This document shows, in pieces, positions 39,816 to 50,240 of a stretch of 64,000 bases of DNA. Source of the DNA: Terriglobia bacterium (GTDB lineage: Bacteria; Acidobacteriota; Terriglobia; JAJPHL01; JAPKYU01); contig CBDCVK010000010.1 in assembly GCA_965223005.1 (NCBI GenBank), positions 768,001 to 832,000 on the forward strand, in the 5' to 3' direction. The position numbers were made by a program, and so were the translations under genes. The notes beneath the pieces were generated by a model. That model ran no database searches and was not told the origin of the DNA. It saw nothing but the letters and a program-made list of their open reading frames with translations. Each line of letters starts with the position of its first letter. Within the stretch, counting starts at the first letter, position 1.

Positions 39816-41042
39816 TCAAGCGCGCTTTTCCGTTACGGTCATCCGAATCCAAGTCGCACGATTGCCTTCTACCTTGAGTACCTCGGCCAAAACGCCGGGC
39901 GCGTCGATACGATCGCCTTTTTCCAAGAAACGTCCCACCTGGGCCACTAGGTAGCCGGAAAGTGTGTTGACGTTCGTGGCATGCAGGTCGAGTTCCAGGG
40001 CCCGGTTCACCTTTTCAAGCGGGGTCGCACCCCGAACGACATAGCGTCCATCCCCCTGACGGACAATCTCCGGCGTCTCGGCGTCAAACTCGTCCGGGAT
40101 CGCGCCGACGATCTCCTCAATGAGGTTCTCTAGCGTGATGATGCCCGCGGTGCTGCCGTGTTCGTCCACAACGATAGCCATGTGCTGCCGGGTTCGCTGC
40201 ATCTCGGTGAGCAGTTCGTGGATGCGCTTGGTTTCCGGCACCGCGCGTACCGGTCTCAGCAGCGAGGTGAAGTCGCCGCCGGACTCCAGACCGAGCAGGT
40301 CCTTGATGTGGAGGATCCCAAGCACCTCGTCCAGGCTGCTCATACAGACGGGGTAGCGCGTGTGCCGGCTACGGTGCGCCTCTTCGAGGCGTTTGGCCAG
40401 CGACCAGCCGGCATCCATCCAGGCCACCTCGCCGCGCGGGACCATCACCTGGCGGCAGAGCAGCTTGTCGAAGTGAAGTACCGCGTCGAGCATGCGCAGC
40501 TCGGCGGCGGTCAGCTCGCCGGTCTTACCGCCCGCGTGGATCATTGCCAGGATCTCAGCCTCGGTCACCTCTTGGGGCCTCTGACTCGGGACAAACAACT
40601 GGGTGAATCTCTCTGTTATGCGTACGAGAGGGTGCAGCGATTTCTCCAATACTGCCATCGGCCAGACCACCGCCGACCAGAGCTGGCGCCAGTGAACTGC
40701 TCCGTAGACCTTCGGTAGGATCTCCGAGATAAAAAGTATAGCCACACTGAAGGCGATGGCGAACGTAGGCACCCAAGCGGCGCCCAGTTCCCGCGCGGCG
40801 AACATGCCTCCCAGCGAAGCCCCTACCGTGTGCGCGAGGGTATTCAGGATGAGAATCGCGGAAGTTGGTGCGGATATGTTGTGCTTCAACTCGAGAAACC
40901 TCCGCGCGGCGGATTCGCGCTCGCCCTCCTTTGCTGCGGCTTCGAGAGTAGCGAGCCGGGTCGAGTACAGCACCGCTTCCAGCAGCGAACAGAACGTGGA
41001 CACCATCACCGTGCTCGCCACCACCAGCAGCAATACAGTCAT
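39816..41042 (-). CDS. CNNM/CBS/CorC hemolysin-family (CorB-like) membrane protein
   Basis: CSLLEAVL, SEILPK, VMVPR, HTRYPV, VVDEHGSTAGIITLENLIEEIVG; strong SD before ATG 41042. Confidence 0.92.
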   Translation of the reverse strand: MTVLLLVVASTVMVSTFCSLLEAVLYSTRLATLEAAAKEGERESAARRFLELKHNISAPTSAILILNTLAHTVGASLGGMFAARELGAAWVPTFAIAFSVAILFISEILPKVYGAVHWRQLWSAVVWPMAVLEKSLHPLVRITERFTQLFVPSQRPQEVTEAEILAMIHAGGKTGELTAAELRMLDAVLHFDKLLCRQVMVPRGEVAWMDAGWSLAKRLEEAHRSRHTRYPVCMSSLDEVLGILHIKDLLGLESGGDFTSLLRPVRAVPETKRIHELLTEMQRTRQHMAIVVDEHGSTAGIITLENLIEEIVGAIPDEFDAETPEIVRQGDGRYVVRGATPLEKVNRALELDLHATNVNTLSGYLVAQVGRFLEKGDRIDAPGVLAEVLKVEGNRATWIRMTVTEKRA

Positions 41043-41162
41043 GTTGTACTCCTTCCTCCACCCAGATCTTGCCATGAACCAGCTTGGTCGCGAGCATCGA
41101 AATACCGTGTGTACCCAGATACCACGGGGATGTCGGAGGGGTGTTTCCTGGGGCCGGGTGTC

Positions 41163-41315
41163 ATGAGCCGCTGCGAATCATCGCTCGCCACTGGGGTTAT
41201 TCCCAGGTCAGCCCACAGCGAGGCTCTACGACGCGTGGTAGACGCCCTGCGCACCCGACACTACAGCCGCCGTACCGAAGCGACCCATCTATTGGAAGAC
41301 GGTTACGACATTTAG
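41163..41315 (+). pseudogene. integron integrase (IntI-like) relic with a large internal deletion
   Basis: LRTRHYSRRTEAT (IntI N-terminal motif) fused directly to HLLEDGYDI (box II), then stop. Confidence 0.8.
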
Positions 41316-41463
41316 CTAAGAGGTTTTCGAAGGGGGCTGAGAGTTTATGGTCAATCCAGTTGACAAATTCGACCGGCCTGCCCGGTTCATCAGTTATCCC
41401 CATTGACACGAATCATGGTGTAAAATACATGGCAGATCCTGAACACCGCTAGGAGAGTGGCTT

Positions 41464-42921
41464 ATGGACCCCTCCGACGGACTGGCCTATCGTCCAACTT
41501 TCTCGCGTCGGGAGCTTCTCGTTAAGACCGGGCTCGGATTCGGAAGCGTGGCGCTTGCAGGGATCCTCCATTCGGAATCCTTGCTTGCAGCAGTGCCGGA
41601 GGTCTCCTACCAAGACCTCAGGCCAAGGCCAGGACACTTCCCCGGAACGGCCAAGGCGGTGATTCACTTAATGCAGAGCGGGGGCCCGAGCCAGGCCGAC
41701 CTTTTCGACCCCAAACCCGAGCTTCAAAAGCGGGGTGGACAACCGCATCCAGATGGCGTTGAGATCCACCAGCCAAACAACAAGAATGTGCTCTTCCCCA
41801 GCCCGTTTGCATTCTCCAAGTATGGGGCGAGCGGTATGGATTTCTCCGAAATGCTGCCCAACCTGGCGACGTTGGCCGACGACCTGTGCATGGTCCGCTC
41901 GATGTACTCGGAGCACAACAACCACCCGGAGGGGACCAACCTGCTTTACTCGTGCCGGATCTTTCCGGGCCGGCCGGTGATGGGCGCCTGGATCAGTTAT
42001 GCCCTCGGCACGGAGAACCAGAATCTGCCTGCCTACGTGGTGCTGCGGGACCCCGAAGGTTACCCCGACGGCGGCAAGCAGGGATGGAGGAGCGGCTGGC
42101 TGCCCGCGTTGTTCCAGGGCGTGGAGTTCAGCTCTTCGGGCGCGCCTGTGCGCAACCTGGACCGGAACGAACCGCTGCCTCCGGGCGTACAGCAGAGGAG
42201 CCTGCAGTTTCTGAGCAAGATCAACGCCCTGCACCAGCGGGACCACCCGAGGGAGTCGGAATTGGACGCGCGCATTCGTAACTACGAGTTAGCCGCCCGG
42301 ATGCAGTTGGCCGCCGCCGGGGCGCTCGATATCTCCAAGGAATCGGAAACCACCAGGAAGATGTACGGGCTGGACAATCCGGTGACTGCCGACCTTGGGA
42401 CGCGTTGTCTGATGGCTCGAAGGCTGGTCGAAGCCGGCGTGCGCTTCGTGCAGATCTTCCCCCAGAAGGGCATGCCGTGGGACCACCACAAGAAGCTGAA
42501 GAAGAACATGATCGAGATCTGCGCCAAGACGGACCGGCCGGCGATGGCCCTGATCAAAGACCTAAAGAGCCGGGGCCTGTTGGACACGACGATTGTGATG
42601 TGGTGCGGGGAGTTTGGGCGGTTGCCGACGACACAGAACTCCGACGGTCGCGACCACAATCGTAACGCCTTCACACTGCTGCTGACTGGTGGCGGATTCA
42701 AGAAGGGCCTGATCTATGGGGCCACCGACGAGTTCGGCTACAAGGCGGTGGCGAACCGGGTCAGCGTCCCAAGCCTGCATGCCACCATCCTGCACGCGCT
42801 GGGCATCGATCACGCGCGGCTCACCTACCGACATGGCGGCCGCGTTGAAACCCCCACTGATGTGAGCGTCACGGGGGCCAAGATGGTCGGCGACATTCTG
42901 ATGAAACCGTCACAAGCGTAA
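41464..42921 (+). CDS. DUF1501 family Tat-exported protein
   Basis: FSRRELL Tat motif; GGPSQADLFDPKP, ARRLVEAGVRFV, WDHH, GEFGRLP, GRDHN. Confidence 0.92.
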   Translation: MDPSDGLAYRPTFSRRELLVKTGLGFGSVALAGILHSESLLAAVPEVSYQDLRPRPGHFPGTAKAVIHLMQSGGPSQADLFDPKPELQKRGGQPHPDGVEIHQPNNKNVLFPSPFAFSKYGASGMDFSEMLPNLATLADDLCMVRSMYSEHNNHPEGTNLLYSCRIFPGRPVMGAWISYALGTENQNLPAYVVLRDPEGYPDGGKQGWRSGWLPALFQGVEFSSSGAPVRNLDRNEPLPPGVQQRSLQFLSKINALHQRDHPRESELDARIRNYELAARMQLAAAGALDISKESETTRKMYGLDNPVTADLGTRCLMARRLVEAGVRFVQIFPQKGMPWDHHKKLKKNMIEICAKTDRPAMALIKDLKSRGLLDTTIVMWCGEFGRLPTTQNSDGRDHNRNAFTLLLTGGGFKKGLIYGATDEFGYKAVANRVSVPSLHATILHALGIDHARLTYRHGGRVETPTDVSVTGAKMVGDILMKPSQA

Positions 42922-42966
42922 GGTGGGATGGGGCTGAGCGGGATTCGAGGCGGGATTCGAGCAAAG

Positions 42967-45930
42967 ATGCGTTTCCACATCCGTAAAGGACTGGGCCCCC
43001 TACTTGCGGTGCTCGTGGGAGTTGGCTGCGCCGCGGCGCACGAACCGCAATTTGAGCGGGGTGTGAAGCCGATCTTGCAGGCCAACTGTTTTAGCTGCCA
43101 CGGAGGAACAGCGATGATCGGCCTGGACCTCCGCACGGCATCTTCCATACTTCAGGGCAGCCATCAGGGCCCGGTTGTCGTCCCCGGGTCGCCACAGAAG
43201 AGCCTGCTTTACCAGAAGGTGGCCAGCCGGGCCATGCCACCTCCGGCGTTTGCGCTAAAGCTCACTGATGCGGAGATCGAGACAATCCGAAAATGGATCG
43301 AGGCTGGTGTGCCTTCTGAGGAGGGCGACACCAACCAGAAGAAGCTGCAAGCCGAGCAGATTCGCTTTGAGAGAGAGATCCTGCCGATCCTCCGCTCCCG
43401 CTGTTTTGCTTGCCACGGGATCGACAACCCAATGGCGGGCCTTGACCTGCGGACGGTGGTATCGGTGCTCAAGGGGAGCGCCAATGGTCCCGTCATCTCG
43501 GAAGGCGGTTCGGACAAAAGCATCCTGGTCCGGATGATCTCGACGAAGAGCATGCCGCCTCCCGGCACCGCTGAGCCCCTCAGCGAGTCGGAGCTGGAAA
43601 AGTTGCGTCAATGGGTGGATACCTTGCAAGTGAGCCCGCGGATGCTGGGAGTCAATGAAAGAGTGACCTTCACGAAGGTTGAAGCTCGCGAAGTCACGGC
43701 GAAAGACCGGGAATTGTGGGCATTTCGCAAGCCAGTCAAGCCGCCAGTTCCCAAGGTCAAGAACCAGAAACGAGTGCGGACCCCGATTGACGCGTTTGTG
43801 CTGGCCGAGCTGGAAGCGAAGGGGTTGACGTTTTCTGCCGATGCACCTGAGTTGGTATTGATGCGGAGGGCGCATTTTGACTTGGTCGGACTGCCTCCGG
43901 CCCCGGAAGAGATCGCGGCATTCCAGAGTGGCAGCAAGCCCGGGACTTACGAAAGGTTGATCGACGATCTGCTCGCATCACCCCACTATGGCGAGCGTTG
44001 GGCGCGCCACTGGTTGGACGTGGCTGGCTACACAGATGTCCAGCTTTTCGACAACACTCCGACCTCGACCCGACTGTTCGACGGGATCTGGCGCTATCGG
44101 GATTACGTCGTTCGGTCGCTCAACGCCGGCAAGCCGTACGACCGCTTCCTCATGGAGCAGATCGCCGGAGACGAGCTGGTAGACTGGCGTTCCGCCAAGA
44201 AATACACTCCGGAAATCTTAGACTCTCTCGTCGCAACCGGCTTCCTGCGGAGCGTGTACGACCGCACGGACCAGGACGTCGTCAGCCTGCCGGGCGAGCG
44301 TTACGACGTGCTGTTCCACCTTCTGGATAAGTTCGGAACCGGCGTCATGGGGCTTACGCTGAACTGTGCCCGCTGCCACAGCCACAAATTCGACCCGATT
44401 CCACAGCGAGACTACTACCGGTTCCTTTCGGTCTTCGCGCCGGCCTACAACCCGGCGAACTGGCTGCAGCCAAAGAACCGGCATCTGCCAAACGTCTCGA
44501 ACCTGGAGCTGGAGGAGATCAAGAAGCACAACGCGGAGATTGATCAACGGGCAAGCGCGCCCAAGCAGAAGCTGGAGCGGCTGCGTCGGCCATACAAGGA
44601 GCGTCTGCTGGAAGTCAAACTGGAGAAACTTCCGGCCGAAATCCGGGCGGAAGCAAAGGAGGCGTTGGCCACTCCGGAGGACAAAAGGGACGCGGTGCAG
44701 AAATTCCTGGTGATGAAATTCCAGAAGACGCTGGAAGTGAAGCCCGAGGAGGTGAGCGCGGCCTTGAGTCCCGAGGACAAGGCAGCCGCTACAAAGCTGG
44801 AGGAGCGGATGAAACTCCTTGAGAGCTACCGCCGCCCGACGGAGAAGATTCAGGCCCTCTGGGACGTTGGCCCCCCTCCCAAGATGCGGCTGTTGCAGCG
44901 CGGGGAGGTGGAAGCACCAGGGCCTCCCGTGCAACCTGGCTTTCTTTCAGTCTTGTCCCCGCCGGGCAAGTCCGATTTGGTGCAGCCGCCCGACTTGAAG
45001 GGCGACTCCAGTGGGTATCGTCTGGCCCTGGCGCGCTGGCTGACCAGCCGCGACCACCCGCTCACGGCACGGGTGATAGTAAACCGGGTTTGGCAACATC
45101 ACTTCGGAAGAGGGATCGTGGCGACGCCGGACAACTTTGGCCGCAACGGTTCTCCTCCCACACACCCAAAGCTTCTGGACTGGCTCGCTGTCGACTTCAT
45201 GGAACACGGATGGAGCCTCAAGCGTCTGAACAAGTTGATCATGACCTCTACCGTGTACCGGCAGGCATCACGCCAGCCTGCAGAGGGGAAGCAGTCGGCG
45301 GCGCTGGCCGTGGACCCGGGAAACAAGCTTCTCTGGCGGATGAATCTTAGGCGCCTCGAGGCAGAGGCTATCCGGGATGCTGTGCTGGCGGCGTCCGGAA
45401 AGCTGGACCGGACAATGGGAGGAGCGCCCATCTTTGCGCCAGCCATTGCTGACGGGTTGTCCAAGCTAGAGGACGGTTTCAGAAAGAGCTTGCCCATCCC
45501 CACTGAAGGTGAATGGCGCCGAAGCCTGTACCTGTTTGCCAGACGCAACTATCCGCACACTTTTCTTGAGATGTTTGATTCGCCGATCATGCAGACCAAT
45601 TGCACGCGGCGCCTCAACTCGGTCTCTCCGCTTCAATCACTCACCTTGCTGAATGACAACTTCATGGTTGAGAGCGCAGGTTATCTAGCTGACCAGGTGT
45701 CCGGTGTGGCGCGCGAAGGAAGGGCCGCCCGGTTGATCGAGGCGGCCTATCTGCTCACGCTGTCGCGCCCGCCAACGGTTGCAGAGAAAGAGCTGGCGCA
45801 AGCCCTTTTGCAGGATCAAGAAGAATTGCACCGTAGGGCGAACATGACTCCTGATAAAGCCGCCAAAGCTGCGCTCGCCAACCTGTGCCACATGCTTCTA
45901 GCCAGCAACGAGTTTCTGTATATCGAGTGA
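42967..45930 (+). CDS. PSD1 / planctomycete cytochrome c protein (DUF1549 + DUF1553)
   Basis: Signal peptide; CFSCH and CFACH in two tandem domains; YGERWARHWLD, CARCHSHKFDPI, ARVIVNRVWQHHFGRG, PTHPKLLDWLA, NEFLYIE. Confidence 0.92.
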   Translation: MRFHIRKGLGPLLAVLVGVGCAAAHEPQFERGVKPILQANCFSCHGGTAMIGLDLRTASSILQGSHQGPVVVPGSPQKSLLYQKVASRAMPPPAFALKLTDAEIETIRKWIEAGVPSEEGDTNQKKLQAEQIRFEREILPILRSRCFACHGIDNPMAGLDLRTVVSVLKGSANGPVISEGGSDKSILVRMISTKSMPPPGTAEPLSESELEKLRQWVDTLQVSPRMLGVNERVTFTKVEAREVTAKDRELWAFRKPVKPPVPKVKNQKRVRTPIDAFVLAELEAKGLTFSADAPELVLMRRAHFDLVGLPPAPEEIAAFQSGSKPGTYERLIDDLLASPHYGERWARHWLDVAGYTDVQLFDNTPTSTRLFDGIWRYRDYVVRSLNAGKPYDRFLMEQIAGDELVDWRSAKKYTPEILDSLVATGFLRSVYDRTDQDVVSLPGERYDVLFHLLDKFGTGVMGLTLNCARCHSHKFDPIPQRDYYRFLSVFAPAYNPANWLQPKNRHLPNVSNLELEEIKKHNAEIDQRASAPKQKLERLRRPYKERLLEVKLEKLPAEIRAEAKEALATPEDKRDAVQKFLVMKFQKTLEVKPEEVSAALSPEDKAAATKLEERMKLLESYRRPTEKIQALWDVGPPPKMRLLQRGEVEAPGPPVQPGFLSVLSPPGKSDLVQPPDLKGDSSGYRLALARWLTSRDHPLTARVIVNRVWQHHFGRGIVATPDNFGRNGSPPTHPKLLDWLAVDFMEHGWSLKRLNKLIMTSTVYRQASRQPAEGKQSAALAVDPGNKLLWRMNLRRLEAEAIRDAVLAASGKLDRTMGGAPIFAPAIADGLSKLEDGFRKSLPIPTEGEWRRSLYLFARRNYPHTFLEMFDSPIMQTNCTRRLNSVSPLQSLTLLNDNFMVESAGYLADQVSGVAREGRAARLIEAAYLLTLSRPPTVAEKELAQALLQDQEELHRRANMTPDKAAKAALANLCHMLLASNEFLYIE

Positions 45931-46060
45931 AGCTCACCTCACGACCACGCTGCTGAGAGGGTCCCACGCGATGATCATCTCTGGGGACGGGACTACGAGC
46001 GACTTGGGCTATCTCTCGACGGTGGAGCCCGCCGCCGACTCGCTTCTGACGGTGTGGAAT

Positions 46061-46091
46061 TGTTAGATGGCTGTTAGATGGCTGTTAGATG
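46061..46091 (+). repeat. TGTTAGATGGC tandem repeat, about 3 copies
   Basis: Seen directly, 47 bp from the tRNA 3' end. Confidence 0.85.
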
Positions 46092-46099
46092 AGACAACT

Positions 46100-46137
46100 A
46101 AGGGGTTAGAGCATCCGGCCCTAACCCCTTGATTTTT

Positions 46138-46138
<1 letters not shown>
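46100..46138. terminator. hairpin next to the tRNA 3' end, overlapping an IHF-consensus site
   Basis: AAGGGGTTAG-N11-CTAACCCCTT followed by GATTTTTT; minus strand AATCAAGGGGTTA matches WATCAANNNNTTR. Confidence 0.65.
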
Positions 46139-46214
<76 letters not shown>

Positions 46215-46573
46215 GCTTTATCCTATCGCGGTACGAACGGCCCGTCAACTGTCCGCCCACGCCACCCAGCAAAACTGCTGCCCCGGGCACCCGAGTGCAG
46301 CGCGGTGGCGCCGCGCCAAGCCCCCGAGAAGATAAGCTTTCCTTCCGCAAAGACAAGAATACCCTGAAGATTTCCTGAAGAAGTAGCGCCGTGCTGTTGC
46401 TCACCGAAAGCGAAGTTCGTCGGTTGCTGAACATGGATACAGCCACTCGCCCGTCTGAGAAGTAGCATTTTGGGGGGCTACATGTTAGATTGCTGCCCGC
46501 TCTCCAACGTCACTGCCGTCTCGGACGCCGCCGGCAAGCCGGTGGGGAGGCGGCCAGCAATCCGCGAGGTCGT

Positions 46574-47173
46574 ATGCGTAAGAAACGCTGCAGTTGGATT
46601 TTTGGGGTTCTAATCTTGATCGTGGCCGTCCCGGTGGCCCCCGCGACTGTTCTCCAGAGGCTTTTCCTAGATGACATGGCGGGGAAATCCGCCGTAGTCG
46701 TTCATGCCACCGTGATCAGTTCTCGCGCCGATTGGAACGCCAGCCACAGTTCCATCTGGACGGTCTACACAGTGCGCGCGCACCAATACCTGAAGGGTTT
46801 CCTGGGGGAAACCTTTGAGTTTCGTGAGCCCGGGGGCACGGTGGGCAACGTGAGAATGTATGTTGCCGGCGCGCCGAAATTTCTTGCAGCCGAGGAAGTG
46901 GTCTTGTTTCTGTGGACGGACGGGCGGAGCGGGCGCTATCAGTGCATCGGGTTCGAGCAAGGGGCCTTAAGAGTGCGCCAGGAGGGGACCGTAAAGTTGG
47001 TCAATCGCAGCATCCCGGTCCTCCCGGAGCAAGCAGTCCAGGCGCGCTCCCCGCTGCGGTCGCGCTTGGGGCCGGTCTCCGGCACCAGCCGGGAGCTCGG
47101 GGCCCTACTGGGGGAAGTGGCCGCGGTCCTGGCCCTGGCCGAGGCAGCTGCTGACGGAAAGGAGGCACGCTAA
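46574..47173 (+). CDS. secreted beta-rich hypothetical protein
   Basis: GAGGT SD; signal peptide; YLKG...PGGTVG...GAPKF...EEVVLFL; TAATG coupling to the next gene. Confidence 0.75.
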   Translation: MRKKRCSWIFGVLILIVAVPVAPATVLQRLFLDDMAGKSAVVVHATVISSRADWNASHSSIWTVYTVRAHQYLKGFLGETFEFREPGGTVGNVRMYVAGAPKFLAAEEVVLFLWTDGRSGRYQCIGFEQGALRVRQEGTVKLVNRSIPVLPEQAVQARSPLRSRLGPVSGTSRELGALLGEVAAVLALAEAAADGKEAR

Positions 47174-49175
47174 TGCGAACGCGCGTCTGCTTTGCCTTCT
47201 CTCTGCTGGTGCTCCTGGCGTTGCAGTCCATACCTGGGAGTGCTTACACCCCGTCCGCCACCGACCAAGGGATCCTGCTGCGCTGGGCCAACGGGACGGT
47301 GATCCAGTACGTCTTCAACGAAAACTTCGCTCCGAACAACGACAACGCACTCGCGCGCGCGGCGGTCGGAGACGCGCTGCGAACGCTGGAGGCGTCCATC
47401 TCCGGGAGTTCAGGGGTGCGCTTCGAGGACGCTGGTACTACCGCGCTGAACAAGGCCGGCTTTGACTGCATCAACCTGATCACCTTCACCGCCCCCGACC
47501 CCGGGGACCAGCTCCCCGACGGCGTTCTGGCCCAGGCCCGCCTAATTGCCAGCACGACCGCCGGGACCTTCGATGTTTGCGGTGAAACGCTGAGTGTAAG
47601 CGCCGGGCAGATCTTAGACGCCGACATGTTGTACAACACCACCAAGGCGTTGACGACCTCGCTGGTCCAGGAGGATGTGTTTGACATTCAGGGCCTGGCA
47701 TTACACGAAGGCGGGCACTGGCTTGGCCTGAACCACACCGGGATCGTTGCGGCGGTCATGCCGCCTTTTGGCGAAGGTGGCGAATCTCCTGTACGACGCC
47801 TGCACAGCGATGACACGGCCGGCCTGACAGCCATCTACGGACTCTCGGGAGGGTCCATCTCCGGCCGCATCACTATTGCTGGCGGCAACGTGAAAGCCGC
47901 GCACGTGGTCGCCACCAACTCCACCACGGGAGTGACCACGGCCTCAGCCACCAGCGACCAGGACGGCTACCGCATCTTGGGGCTGCCCGCGGGCAGCTAC
48001 AGGGTCTTCGTAGAACCGTATGATGGTCCGGTCACGCTTTCCGACCTGCCGGGATTTTCCAGGACGGCAACACTCAGTTCGAAACCACCTTTCTGACGAA
48101 TCCGGTGACGGTCGGCACGTCCGCAGTCAGCGGGGTGGACATCGAGGTGGCCGCATCCATGGCTCCAGCGGACCTCGCCCGCATAGGCCTACTGATGGGC
48201 AATTCGTTCTTCCTCGGCGGAGTACCCGTTTCGGTTCGCCGGGGCGCCGACTCCTCCATCGTCCTGGACGGCCAAAACCTCTCCGGGCAGGCCAGCTTTT
48301 CTTCCCCCGGCATTACGATTGTCAGCTCGGGGACGTTCACCGATTCAACCGGGGCCACTCGTCAGTTTGTGGACACCAGTGTGGCCGCGGACGCGGCGCT
48401 AGGCCCGACGGACGTCTATTTCGGCTCCGCCTCGTATACTTCGGGGGTGGTGGTGACACTGAACCCGCAGGTGCCGGCTGGCGGCATCGTAGATGGCGCC
48501 GCGTTCAACCAGAACACGTCAGCGCCACACTACGCGCCGGGCAGCATCATCTCCCTGTTCGGCAATGACCTGGCCGAGCAGCTTGGGGGGCCAGACCGCA
48601 CGCCGCTGCCGACCCAGCTGGCCGGGGTCTCGGTGCTGGTGGGGAACCGGCTGGCGCCCTTGTTCTTCGTGAGCACCGGGCAAATCAACGCGATGATTCC
48701 GTTTGAGACCGTCGGCAACAGCGTGAACGTTTCCGCAATTGCTGGCGCCAACTCGCAGAGCACACCCGTCACGTTGCAACTAGGTTCGTCGGCACCACGC
48801 ATCTTCATGGTGCCCAATACGGACCAAGGCGCCATCCAGAACGGGTCCCGCAACAATGTGCTGGTGGATGCCGCCAATCCAGCCCAGGCGGGCGACGTGC
48901 TGGTGATCTTCGGGACCGGTTTAGGAGCGGTCACCAACCCACCCGCAAGCGGAGTGGCCGCCTCTGGAAATCCCCTCTCCACGACCATCGAGGTTCCCAC
49001 CGTGACCATTGGCGGGCAGGCGGCGGTAGTGGATTTCTCCGGACTGGCTCCGTCCTTCGTGGGGCTCTACCAGGCGAATGCCAGGGTGCCCGGTGGTTTG
49101 CCCCCCGGCCGCGTGCCGGTGGTGATCAGCACTTCGGCCGGGTCCAGCAACCAGGCGATGATTTCCGTGCAGTAG
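47173..49175 (+). pseudogene. matrixin (M10-like) metalloprotease + beta-sandwich + TIGR03437-like domain, split by a 1-nt deletion near 48055-48058
   Basis: HEGGHWLGLNH with Met-turn AVMPP; APGSIISLFG, PLFFVSTGQINA, GLAPSFVGLYQAN. Adding one T to GGATTTTCCAG joins the ORFs (GFFQDGNTQFETTFL). Confidence 0.8.
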
Positions 49176-49220
49176 GCAGAGTTGCGCGGTGCGGGCTACG
49201 GAGTTTCCTGTCGGGCGCGG

Positions 49221-49664
49221 CTAACGGACACCGGTCAGCACGTCGTTGGCGAACCGCAAAAGATCGCGCCGGGTGATGATGCCTATGACCCGCTCGCCGT
49301 CCATCACCGGCAGGCAACCTCTGTGCTGGGCGTAGAGTTGAGCGCCGGCTTCGGTCAGGGGGGCTTCCGGACTGATCGTCGTGACCTCCTTGGTCATCAC
49401 TTTGCCCACCAGGGTATTCTCAAAGATCTCGTTGTACTGCTCGGGTGTGCTGTGAAGGATGGAAGGAGCATAGCGGCGTATGTCGCGCTCGGTCAGCAGC
49501 CCGACCATGCGATCTTCGCTGACCACCGGCATATGCCGGACGCCGGCTCGGCGGACCAATAACTCCGCATCGAGCAGCCGGTCCTCCGGGCTCAGGGTTT
49601 CCGGGTTGGAAGTCATGTAATCCTTCACATGCAACTCAGCGCGTTTGGCGGCCGCCTCGCTCAT
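49221..49664 (-). CDS. CBS-pair protein
   Basis: VKDYMTSNPETL, VRHMPVV, GCLPVM, GIITRRDLL. Confidence 0.9.
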   Translation of the reverse strand: MSEAAAKRAELHVKDYMTSNPETLSPEDRLLDAELLVRRAGVRHMPVVSEDRMVGLLTERDIRRYAPSILHSTPEQYNEIFENTLVGKVMTKEVTTISPEAPLTEAGAQLYAQHRGCLPVMDGERVIGIITRRDLLRFANDVLTGVR

Positions 49665-49734
49665 TGTGGACCCCCCTAAAATTGTTAACGCGATTGTATT
49701 GTCACCGTGCCCGAGAAGCAAGGGCCCCGTAAGA

Positions 49735-50179
49735 CTAGCGCGCGCCGCTCAGCACGTCGTTGGCAAACCGCAACAGATCGGCACGAGTGATGATGCCCAC
49801 CAGTTGCTGGCCGTCCATCACCGGCAGGCAGCCCAGCCGCTGAGAATGGAGTAGGGACGTGGCTTCGGCCAACGCCGCATCCGGGCCGATGGTGGTTACA
49901 TCCCTGGTCATCACCGTCCCCACCAACGTCTGCTCAAAGGTCTTGTTGTACTCCTCTGGTGTGCTGTAGAGAATGGAAGCCCCATGACGGCGAACGTCAC
50001 GCTCGGTCAATAGCCCAACCAGGCGTCCGTCGCTGACCACCGGCAGATGGCGGACACCGGCTCGCCGGATCCGCAAATCCGCATTTAGAAGGTGATCCTC
50101 CGGCGTCAGCGTCTCCTGAGCCGAACTCATGTAATCCTTAGACCCGCAAGGAAGCAAAACGAGATTCATTTTCGCCCAT
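49735..50179 (-). pseudogene. tandem CBS-pair paralog with a +1 frameshift at 50140
   Basis: GGAG-ATG start gives MGENESRFASLRV, then an extra T, then KDYMSS...; colinear with the paralog's MSEAAAKRAELHVKDYM. Confidence 0.75.
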
Positions 50180-50240
50180 GACACTCCGCCCTTAGCCGGC
50201 ACGCCCGATTGTATGGTTGGCCGACTCCCGGCGCAAGGGG

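Noticed and set aside
41403-41426. TTGACA...TAAAAT promoter for the DUF1501 gene
   Set aside because: The spacer is only 12 bp, so it is not callable as a sigma70 promoter.
46061-46091. CRISPR array
   Set aside because: The 11-bp units are contiguous with no spacers, and there are no cas genes in the window.
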